From an uncultured Candidatus Saccharibacteria bacterium (lineage in GTDB: Bacteria; Patescibacteriota; Minisyncoccia; Phycocordibacterales; UBA9973): a stretch of 64,000 nt of DNA. Position numbers and translations under genes: made by a program. Positions 56,119-64,000 of this stretch are shown piece after piece (positions within the stretch are counted from its first letter, which is position 1; every line of letters begins with the position of its first letter). The notes beneath the pieces were generated by a model. It saw nothing but the letters and a program-made list of their open reading frames with translations. It had not been told where the DNA came from and searched no databases. Location: the NCBI GenBank assembly GCA_964423445.1, contig CAYREQ010000004.1, positions 2,700-66,699 on the forward strand. The letters run 5' to 3'.

Positions 56119-57981
56119 ATGATGGATTTTTTTAAAAACTTATTTGGTAGAAAAAATAAACTCGGTGGAGGTGCTATTTCTGCTGGAACACAAGCTTCTA
56201 TCATGCCAGTATTGCCAGGGGAGATATATGAATCAGCAAATATTGAACTCCAAGACATCATCGCTCCTTCTGCGTTAAAAATTGAATCAAAATCCATAAA
56301 CCTAGGTGAAAAAATTGCTCGTACTTTTTTTATAATTTCTTACCCGAGATTTTTAACTGACAATTGGTTTTCTCCAATCATAAATTTGGATAAAGTTTTT
56401 GATATTTCTATATTTGTCCACCCGATTGATACCTCATTGGCACTCCGACAATTTCAGAAAAAGGTGGCGGAAGTTCAAAGTCAGATAAATGTAAGGGAGA
56501 AAAAAGGTATGGTAAGGGATCCTATGCTAGATACTGCATATCAAGATTTGGAAGGTTTGCGTGATAACCTGATTCAAGCCCAAGAAAAAATGTTTGATAT
56601 GGGTATATATATCACAATATATGCCGACACAGAACTCGAGCTCTTTAAAGTTGAAAATGAAATAAAATCTATGCTCGAATCTAGATTAATCTATATAAAG
56701 CCTGCTTTATTCCAACAAGAAGAAGGCTTTAAAAGCATAATCCCTTTAAATACAGACCTTTTAAATATTCACCAAAAATTAAACTCCGAGCCTTTGTCTA
56801 GTATTTTTCCTTTTGTATCTTTTGACCTGACTTCTGATAACGGAATTTTATATGGAATAAACAGGCACAATTCTAGTTTGGTAATATTTGATAGATTTTC
56901 TCTTGAAAACTACAACTCTGTGACCTTTGCAAAATCTGGTTCTGGAAAATCTTATTGTACAAAATTGGAAATATTGAGATCTCTCATGTTTGATATTGAT
57001 GTGATGGTAATAGACCCTGAGAGGGAATATGAATTTTTATCTGAGGCTGTCGGTGGAAGATATTTCAACATTTCTCTTTCCTCTGATCACCACATGAACC
57101 CTTTTGATCTACCTATGCCGCGTGAAGATGAAACTGCAGAAGACGTACTTCGTTCAAATATCATAAACCTAGTAGGTCTATTCCGATTGATGCTAGGTGG
57201 TCTTACTCCAGAAGAAGATTCGATAGTAGATCGAGCTATCTCTGAGACATATGCAATGAAAGACATCACTCCTGATTCTGATTTTTCCAATATTGAACCA
57301 CCATTATTATCTGACTTTGAAATGGTACTTTCAGGCATGGAAGGATCTGATGCGATAATCTCGCGATTGGCAAAATACACAAAAGGTTCTTGGTCTACAT
57401 TTTTAAACAGACCTAGTAACGTAGACATAAATAAAAAATTCGTAGTATTTTCTATACGAGATATGGAAGACGAGCTAAAACCTGTAGCTATGTATATCAT
57501 CATGCACTATATCTGGAATGCTATTAGAAAAAACCTAAAAAAGCGCTTACTTGTAGTGGACGAAGCTTGGTGGATGATGAAATCCGAAGATACTGCTTCT
57601 TTCCTTTATTCAATGGCAAAAAGAGGAAGAAAATATTATCTAGGTCTAGCTACTATTACTCAAGACGCTGCAGATTTCATGAAATCTCCTTATGGTATTC
57701 CTATTGTCACAAACTCTTCAATACAAATTCTCCTAAAACAATCACCGACTACAATAGATGTATTGCAAAAAACCTTTAGCCTGACTGACGAAGAAAAATA
57801 TTTACTTCTAGAGTCTGGAGTAGGGGAAGGCATCTTTTTTGCTGGATTAAAACACGTAGCTATTAAGATAGTAGCTTCATACACAGAAGACCAAATCATA
57901 ACTTCTGATCCATCCCAAATACTTTCAAATAGAAAAGCAAAGGAAGATTATGAGACCACTGTGAGTGAGGGAAGATTGTAA
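56119..57981 (+). CDS. virB4: VirB4-like T4SS ATPase
   Basis: AKSGSGKS, IDPEREY, NPFDL, VVDEAW, KRGRKY, TQD. Confidence 0.92.
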   Translation: MMDFFKNLFGRKNKLGGGAISAGTQASIMPVLPGEIYESANIELQDIIAPSALKIESKSINLGEKIARTFFIISYPRFLTDNWFSPIINLDKVFDISIFVHPIDTSLALRQFQKKVAEVQSQINVREKKGMVRDPMLDTAYQDLEGLRDNLIQAQEKMFDMGIYITIYADTELELFKVENEIKSMLESRLIYIKPALFQQEEGFKSIIPLNTDLLNIHQKLNSEPLSSIFPFVSFDLTSDNGILYGINRHNSSLVIFDRFSLENYNSVTFAKSGSGKSYCTKLEILRSLMFDIDVMVIDPEREYEFLSEAVGGRYFNISLSSDHHMNPFDLPMPREDETAEDVLRSNIINLVGLFRLMLGGLTPEEDSIVDRAISETYAMKDITPDSDFSNIEPPLLSDFEMVLSGMEGSDAIISRLAKYTKGSWSTFLNRPSNVDINKKFVVFSIRDMEDELKPVAMYIIMHYIWNAIRKNLKKRLLVVDEAWWMMKSEDTASFLYSMAKRGRKYYLGLATITQDAADFMKSPYGIPIVTNSSIQILLKQSPTTIDVLQKTFSLTDEEKYLLLESGVGEGIFFAGLKHVAIKIVASYTEDQIITSDPSQILSNRKAKEDYETTVSEGRL

Positions 57982-58023
57982 AAATTGTTTTGGGTCTATT
58001 GATTAAACATGTATAATTATATT

Positions 58024-59019
58024 ATGAACAAAGGGTATATGAAATTTAAATTATTAACGTTGTCACTAATGATAATTTCATTGTTTTCTTTACCTTTTAC
58101 AGCAAGTGCTGTGTCTCCAAGTAGCATTAATGTAGATATAGTGCCACCAACCCCAACACCAGGAGAATCTACCACAATAACCTTGAGTAGTTATGGAAAC
58201 AATCTAGATAGTGCTTTAATATCATGGTTTGTCGCTGGTAAAAAAGTAACTTCTAGTGTTGGTATGAAATCATTTTCAATAAATGCTCCAAATATGGGAT
58301 CAGAAACAAGTGTAAAAGCTGTAATAGATTTACCTGATGGCCCAATAACAAAAACAATTTTAATAAGACCAAATATTATGGTGTTGCTCTGGCAGGCTAG
58401 TGATTCTTATGTACCACCATTTTATCGTGGTAAAGCATTGCCTACAGAAGAAAGCACTATAAAAGTAGTGGCTATGCCTGAAGTAAAAACCAAATTAGGT
58501 CCAGTTAATCCAAAAAATATGATTTATTCTTGGCAATTAAATTATGCAAGCGATGGAGAAAGTACTGGTTATGGGAAAAATACTTTTACCTATACAAATG
58601 ACTACTTGGAAGACTTTGAAAATATTTCTGCTACAGCTACGACCATAGATGGACAGTACTCATCACAAGCAAATATAAATATAAAGCCTCGAGACCCAAA
58701 AATAGTATTTTATAAAAATGATGCAAGTATGGGTATCTTATGGGAACAGGCTCTAAAAGATGGGCATAAGATAGTGGGTGATGAAGTTATCGTAGCTTCA
58801 CCATATTTCCTTTCACCAAAAGAAACTTGGAGTCCAAATCTAACCTGGAATTGGTTTTTAAATGATTCTCTCACAAATAATACATTGAAGTATAGAAAAA
58901 ATTGGATACCTTTAAAGGTGTCTGGTACTGATACCGGTTCAGCTACTTTAAAATTACAAATAGAAAATAAATATCAACTATTTGGAAACATAAGTAAAGA
59001 AATAAGTTTGGAATTTTAA
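58024..59019 (+). CDS. Secreted beta-rich (Ig-like) hypothetical protein
   Basis: Signal peptide (ASA|V), YVPPFYRGKALP. Confidence 0.78.
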   Translation: MNKGYMKFKLLTLSLMIISLFSLPFTASAVSPSSINVDIVPPTPTPGESTTITLSSYGNNLDSALISWFVAGKKVTSSVGMKSFSINAPNMGSETSVKAVIDLPDGPITKTILIRPNIMVLLWQASDSYVPPFYRGKALPTEESTIKVVAMPEVKTKLGPVNPKNMIYSWQLNYASDGESTGYGKNTFTYTNDYLEDFENISATATTIDGQYSSQANINIKPRDPKIVFYKNDASMGILWEQALKDGHKIVGDEVIVASPYFLSPKETWSPNLTWNWFLNDSLTNNTLKYRKNWIPLKVSGTDTGSATLKLQIENKYQLFGNISKEISLEF

Positions 59020-60263
59020 TGATGAAAAAATTTTTACCTTTTATCTTAATACTGGTGATAATCTCTGGTTTTTTTAGTATTACTTCAAAAGTAAGTGCTG
59101 AAGATAAAGGTACTTGTTATAAAAATGCAGGAGAAGTAGTCGGCAATGATGTAACAGAAAAAAAATGTAAAGACGCCCCACCTCTTGGTCTTGGTGGGGA
59201 AGCATGGGGTCCAAATACCACCACTCCACCAGGAGGTGGAGGCAAGCAAACCAATGAAGAGAAATATAGGGCTTGTATAGCAGATGGTGGCTCAGAAGAT
59301 GATTGTAGAAGTTATGTGTTAGCGAGCGATGGTAGCTACCATCTTCTCCAACCATTACCCTGCAAAGCTGATGAACCTAGTTGTGAAGATGGGAAACTTA
59401 CAACTTTTGATCCAGATGGTACAGGAAAACTAGGAGAATACTTGAACTTAATGATAAATCTATTTATAGGTTTATGTGCTGTGACAGCTGTAGTAATGAT
59501 AGTAATGGGAGGTATAGAATATAGTACTAGTGATTTAGTGTCTGGTAAGGCTGCAGCTAAAGATAGAATACAAAATGCTATCTTGGGATTACTATTAGCT
59601 TTATGTTCTTGGCTTATACTTAATACTATCAATCCTGATTTACTTAATACTGAGATTGATATTGGTGGGGCTAGTATTACTTCATACGGAGAAATAACAT
59701 TGGAAGCATTGCCTGATGGTACTTATAGTAGTACTGGAGGAGCTGGAGCCGGGGTGATAGGAAGTGGACAATGTAAAGTACAAACAAACCCAAACAATGC
59801 TTGTAGTCCACAAAAATTGTCTAGTTGTTTTAGAGATAGAGTAAACGAAGCCTCTAGGGTGTGTAGTGTAGAAAGTGCGGGAGGGCAAACAGGAGTAGAA
59901 AGTGGTAGTGATAAATTAGCAGACGGTCGTTCATATTCTGTGGGTCTTTGGCAAATTAATTTAACAGTTCATCAAGTTAGAGACCCAAATACTGGGCAAA
60001 TGCTAGATTGCCCTGCAGCATTTACTGGCAATCGTCGTGGATGTGGTAGGGGAACAGTAGTACCAAGTGGCCCAAATGTTGGACATTGCTCATTTTCAGT
60101 TAGAGATATAAATCTATATAATAGATGTGTGGCGGCTGCAAAAAACCCTACAAGCAATACTGAGGCTGCTTGTAAAATTTACAATCAAACAGGCCATAGT
60201 TTCCAGCCTTGGGGCTGGACAGCTAAAAAAGCTTGCAAGCCTCCAATTCCTTATAAATTATAA
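59019..60263 (+). CDS. T4SS pilin (VirB2/TrbC-like) fused to a lysozyme/SLT-like domain
   Basis: IVMGGIEY...AKDRIQNAILGLLL...ILNTINPDL; C-terminal VES.G, SVGLWQIN, N..AA..IY, PW. Confidence 0.78.
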   Translation: MMKKFLPFILILVIISGFFSITSKVSAEDKGTCYKNAGEVVGNDVTEKKCKDAPPLGLGGEAWGPNTTTPPGGGGKQTNEEKYRACIADGGSEDDCRSYVLASDGSYHLLQPLPCKADEPSCEDGKLTTFDPDGTGKLGEYLNLMINLFIGLCAVTAVVMIVMGGIEYSTSDLVSGKAAAKDRIQNAILGLLLALCSWLILNTINPDLLNTEIDIGGASITSYGEITLEALPDGTYSSTGGAGAGVIGSGQCKVQTNPNNACSPQKLSSCFRDRVNEASRVCSVESAGGQTGVESGSDKLADGRSYSVGLWQINLTVHQVRDPNTGQMLDCPAAFTGNRRGCGRGTVVPSGPNVGHCSFSVRDINLYNRCVAAAKNPTSNTEAACKIYNQTGHSFQPWGWTAKKACKPPIPYKL

Positions 60264-60272
60264 ATTTTTAAT

Positions 60273-60788
60273 ATGAAAAAATATATTTTACCCATATTTA
60301 TCTTAATAGTTTTAGTTGGAATTGTATTTTTTCTTTATATAATAAAGAAGGATTCAAATTTAACCGAACAAAAAAAAGACGACATAAAAACACTTGTAAA
60401 AAATGATGTACCTAAAAATAATCTGTTACTAAATGATGGTAGCACTATTCAACTTCCAGAATTTATCACTCAAAATGAAAAAACCACGAAGCTTACCCCT
60501 GAGACTTTTAGAGAAATAGCTGGAGGAAATAATTTAAATTTTTCTATATCATATCTACCTTATAATAAAGAAAATTCACAAATACAATTTACTGTAATAT
60601 TGAATAAGTTGCCCCTATCAAAATCTAGGGTGGAAGCAGAAAATGCCCTTAGGACAAAGCTGGGTTTGAGTAATGAAGAATTATGTAAGTTGGATTTATC
60701 TGTATACGTATTTGGTTGGATAAATAAAGACCTTGCTGGCCAAAACTTAGGTCTATCTTTTTGTGATGGTGCTATGGATTTACCTTAG
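60273..60788 (+). CDS. Single-TM hypothetical protein
   Basis: N-terminal TM, two C-terminal Cys. Confidence 0.75.
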   Translation: MKKYILPIFILIVLVGIVFFLYIIKKDSNLTEQKKDDIKTLVKNDVPKNNLLLNDGSTIQLPEFITQNEKTTKLTPETFREIAGGNNLNFSISYLPYNKENSQIQFTVILNKLPLSKSRVEAENALRTKLGLSNEELCKLDLSVYVFGWINKDLAGQNLGLSFCDGAMDLP

Positions 60789-60821
60789 GTATTTATACTA
60801 AACATGTTAAAATAAACATAA

Positions 60822-62189
60822 ATGTCAAAAAGAAACTTTATACTTTTAATACTCATCTTGCTCTTAGCTGTCGCTGGTGTTTTTGGATTTTTATATCTAC
60901 GCTCAGGTACTACTCCTGTAGATGTAGTCAGTGATGGTACAAATTTTCTTTCACAATTCAATCCTTTTTCCAGTAATAGGACAAATGAATCTAATAATAG
61001 TGGTGATTATGTAGTAGACATAAATGGAGATGGAGTAATAAGCACAGAAGAAAAAGCTTTAGTGAAATTAAAAAAAGTTTCTAGTGTTCCTGTGGCTGGT
61101 TTTACTGTATTTAGTAAAGAAAGATTAAAATATGTACCTACTCCTGTTCCTCCTCAAGCTACAGAGCCTATTCAGACAGAAGGGGATGTGGTAGCTCCTA
61201 AAACAGTAAAAAAACCGGCTGTGAAGCCTGTAGCTCCTTTGACTGAGTTTGCCCAAGCGCTCCGATATGTAGAAAAATCTACAGGAAATATTTATCAGAC
61301 GTTTGCTGACAAAATAGAAGAGCGAAGATTTTCAGAAACTATAATACCAAAAATTTATGATGCTTACTTTGGGAACAATGGTCAGTCTGTAGTAATGCGT
61401 CATCTAAAATCAGACGATATAACCATAGAAACTTTTAGTGGTACTATGCCGAAAGAAAAAGTAGGTGAAGACTTAGTAGACCCAAATGTAAAAGGTTATT
61501 TTTTAGTAGATAATATAAAAGATATTAGTGTATCGCCAGACAACTCAAAAATATTTTACTTATCCAGTTTTGGAGAATCAATAATAGGTACAATAATGGG
61601 ATTTACCGACGGCAAAAAAACACAAGTATTTGATTCTGCATTTACAGAATGGAATTCTTTTTGGCCAAATAATAATATAATTACTCTCACTACAAAACCT
61701 TCTCAAGAAGTAGCCGGACATATGTATATGATAGATGTAGCAAAAAAAACCTTTACTAGAATTTTGGGTAATATAAATGGACTCACTACGCTTATGAGTC
61801 CAAATGGAAAACTAGTTTTAGTAGGGAATAAAGACTTGTCTCTATATGTATATAATACAGATACAAAAGTTTATGTAACTCTCGGTGTTAAAACTCTCCC
61901 AGAAAAATGTGTTTGGAATAAAAATAGTGACTTTATTTATTGCGCTGTACCAGCATATATCGATGAATCTTTATATCCTGATGATTGGTATCGTGGTGAA
62001 ATATCATTCTCTGATCAGATTTGGAAAATAAACACAATAGATGGTAGCACTAATATGCTAATAGACCCGCTACTTATCCCGGGTGGGGAAGATGTGGATG
62101 GTGTAAAGCTCGCACTAGATGCAAATGAAGACTATTTATTTTTTATAAATAAAAAAGATTCTTTCCTTTGGGAATTAGGACTTAGATAG
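60822..62189 (+). CDS. Membrane-anchored beta-propeller-like protein
   Basis: N-terminal TM; SPDNSKI and SPNGKLV blade motifs. Confidence 0.78.
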   Translation: MSKRNFILLILILLLAVAGVFGFLYLRSGTTPVDVVSDGTNFLSQFNPFSSNRTNESNNSGDYVVDINGDGVISTEEKALVKLKKVSSVPVAGFTVFSKERLKYVPTPVPPQATEPIQTEGDVVAPKTVKKPAVKPVAPLTEFAQALRYVEKSTGNIYQTFADKIEERRFSETIIPKIYDAYFGNNGQSVVMRHLKSDDITIETFSGTMPKEKVGEDLVDPNVKGYFLVDNIKDISVSPDNSKIFYLSSFGESIIGTIMGFTDGKKTQVFDSAFTEWNSFWPNNNIITLTTKPSQEVAGHMYMIDVAKKTFTRILGNINGLTTLMSPNGKLVLVGNKDLSLYVYNTDTKVYVTLGVKTLPEKCVWNKNSDFIYCAVPAYIDESLYPDDWYRGEISFSDQIWKINTIDGSTNMLIDPLLIPGGEDVDGVKLALDANEDYLFFINKKDSFLWELGLR

Positions 62190-62673
62190 TTCCTATATAT
62201 TTTATAACCACTCTACGGCTAGGGCCAAAACCAATTGATTCGGTTTTTAAATCAGTAGTATCAGATAAAAATTCATGAACAATTCTTCTTTCAAAAGAAG
62301 ACATTGGGTCCACTTCTATGTTTGATTTAAAATATCTAGCTCTCTCACCCATCATATGGGCCACAGCACGCACTGCATCTACTTTACGTTTTTGAAAATC
62401 ATTTATATCTACCGAAAAAGAAAGTTCTTTTCTTTTTTCAATTGGATCCATGCCGGTTTGTGTAGAATTTTTTGCTTCAATTATCCTGCGAACTAAGTGA
62501 TTTAAAGCTTGTAATGCTTCACCTTCGCGCGCAGTGAAATGATGTGGCTCGTTTACAACCACACTAAACCATAAATTATTTCCTTTTTCTTCGTTTACTG
62601 TAATTTTTGGGGTATCTAGTGTTATCTTTTCAACCAAATCTTTTATTAAGTTTTGAATTTGTTCTTTATTCAT
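62182..62673 (-). CDS. jag: Jag/EloR (KhpB) KH-R3H RNA-binding protein
   Basis: GEALQAL, PMSSFERRIVH, TESIG.G..RRVVI. Confidence 0.9.
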   Translation of the reverse strand: MNKEQIQNLIKDLVEKITLDTPKITVNEEKGNNLWFSVVVNEPHHFTAREGEALQALNHLVRRIIEAKNSTQTGMDPIEKRKELSFSVDINDFQKRKVDAVRAVAHMMGERARYFKSNIEVDPMSSFERRIVHEFLSDTTDLKTESIGFGPSRRVVIKYIGTI

Positions 62674-62684
62674 AATATTTTTTA

Positions 62685-63416
62685 TTATTCTACTGCCTCT
62701 TTTACTAAAGGATCGTTGCGTTTTGCATATATTTGCTGACCTACAGCAAAAAGATTGCTGGTGATCCAATATAAAGCCACAGCTCCTGAAATACTATAAG
62801 CAATAAAAGCTACGACAAAAGGAAAGACGTATTTCATCTGCACACTCATGCTTTTACTGAAACTTTCTGCAAAGGTGCCCTTGCCACCAGAGGTATTTGG
62901 TTTTGGTTGAGGCATGTAATATGCTTGTAAATACTGAGAAATACCAGCTAGAACAGCCAAAATTATGCTTTTACCACCTATATCTAATATTCCCAAAAAC
63001 ATCATATTTGTGGTAGCTGGAACATGAATAAAAGAATATAAAACACTACTATCAAAATTGATTCCTTTGTAAAAAACATAATATAAAGCAAAAATTATGG
63101 GAATTTGAATTATAAGCAATAAACAACCAGAAAATGGGTTTGTTTTATGTTTTTTATATAGTTCAAAAGTAAGACGAGCTTGTTCTTCTTTACTGACACC
63201 AGATTCCTTTATTTTATTGAGTTCTGGAGTAAGAATATTCATTTGAGCCTGACTTTCTATGGCTTTTTGAGAAAGAGGGAAGAGAATAATCTTTACTAAA
63301 ATCGTAAGAATAATAACAGCGAGGCCTACATCTCCCCCTGGGATGACTGACACTAAGAAGGCTAGTGCATTTATTAGTGGATGATATAAAACTGTATTCC
63401 AAATATTACTAATCAT
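62685..63416 (-). CDS. yidC: Membrane protein insertase YidC
   Basis: NPFSGCL..IIQIPI, ALYWITSN..Q. Confidence 0.95.
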   Translation of the reverse strand: MISNIWNTVLYHPLINALAFLVSVIPGGDVGLAVIILTILVKIILFPLSQKAIESQAQMNILTPELNKIKESGVSKEEQARLTFELYKKHKTNPFSGCLLLIIQIPIIFALYYVFYKGINFDSSVLYSFIHVPATTNMMFLGILDIGGKSIILAVLAGISQYLQAYYMPQPKPNTSGGKGTFAESFSKSMSVQMKYVFPFVVAFIAYSISGAVALYWITSNLFAVGQQIYAKRNDPLVKEAVE

Positions 63417-63460
63417 TAGCCTATTCTATATGAAAAATGCAAAAAATGCTAGAAATTTTC

Positions 63461-63676
63461 CTATGGCACTTTATCTATATGGTTTTTTTGCCATGGATGA
63501 CATCGTAAAATTCGAAAAAAACCTAAGTAAATACCTTTAAAAATTCCATACTTTTCTATGGCTTGCTTAGTGTATTCGGAACATGAGGGATAAAAAACAC
63601 AACTTTTTTTCAAAAAAATAGATATATATTTTTGATAAAAGTTAATTAATTTTATTAAGTATGTTTTTAATCTCAT
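63461..63676 (-). CDS. yidD: Membrane protein insertion efficiency factor YidD
   Basis: CVFYPSCSEY, RILRCHPW. Confidence 0.95.
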   Translation of the reverse strand: MRLKTYLIKLINFYQKYISIFLKKSCVFYPSCSEYTKQAIEKYGIFKGIYLGFFRILRCHPWQKNHIDKVP

Positions 63677-63968
63677 TTTCTAGTATTAAGACGTCTTCTT
63701 CTTGTTTTTTAAAGACAAAAGCCCCCAGTAAACCAAAAGGAAATTCATTAATGAATTTCCTTAAAGCAGTATAGCCACGTCTTCTTAATTTATTCCTTTT
63801 AGTCGCTAATTTAGCGATATTTTTTGGTGCGATAAATGATATTCTCGGAGGATTTTGATTGGAAGTAAGTACAAATTTAAAGGTTAAACTAGGTGATATA
63901 AGGAATTTACCCTCTTTGAAAATCAAATCTATGTTTTTCTTATCTACTCTGTTCTTTTTTAGAATCAT
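63642..63968 (-). CDS. rnpA: RNase P protein component
   Basis: ATKRNKLRRR (RNR motif), synteny. Confidence 0.9.
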   Translation of the reverse strand: MILKKNRVDKKNIDLIFKEGKFLISPSLTFKFVLTSNQNPPRISFIAPKNIAKLATKRNKLRRRGYTALRKFINEFPFGLLGAFVFKKQEEDVLILENEIKNILNKIN

Positions 63969-63985
63969 GGTTTACAAACAAAAAC

Positions 63986-64000
63986 TTAAACTGAAAGCTT
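63986..64000 (-). CDS. rpmH: Probable C-terminal end of 50S ribosomal protein L34 (partial)
   Basis: Only KLSV-stop is visible; inferred from synteny upstream of rnpA. Confidence 0.45.
   Translation of the reverse strand, partial: KLSV

Noticed and set aside
1678-60157. Numerous short antisense or nested ORFs in the track (e.g. 7857-8435, 12713-13096, 50749-51255)
   Set aside because: Shadow frames of well-supported genes, with Phe/Ser/Ile-rich composition typical of antisense translation
1-64000. CRISPR array, rRNA, transposase or prophage genes
   Set aside because: No regularly spaced repeat-spacer array, rRNA-like sequence or phage/transposase motifs seen

Overview
AT-rich bacterial chromosomal window using genetic code 11. 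Gene content points to a Patescibacteria/CPR genome, probably Parcubacteria: trigger factor without an FKBP domain, a membrane-anchored Clp ATPase, a Cys-rich repeat protein and a PrgI/VirB4/VirB6/pilin type IV secretion locus. Housekeeping genes include nusA, ppa, tig, clpP, rny, HU, lexA, comM, metK, pnp, cca, murI, xth, a Xer recombinase, rpsO, pcrA, rsmA and the jag-yidC-yidD-rnpA cluster, plus four tRNAs. Main observations: (1) eight parS-like sites, five inside the cca coding sequence with three at exact 27-bp spacing, beside a phased DnaA-box cluster (candidate oriC); (2) a four-gene cassette (EamA exporter, Cys-rich membrane protein, unknown enzyme, multi-TM histidine kinase) that looks like a signal synthesis/export/sensing module; (3) a 120-bp palindromic element inserted in frame in pcrA; (4) candidate structured RNAs (6S-like upstream of rny, an attenuator-like leader on an AsnRS paralog, a LysM/M23 leader); (5) pervasive leaderless promoter architecture; (6) a presenilin/SPP-like protease and several orphan effector-like genes. 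All calls come from reading motifs by eye; no searches were run.
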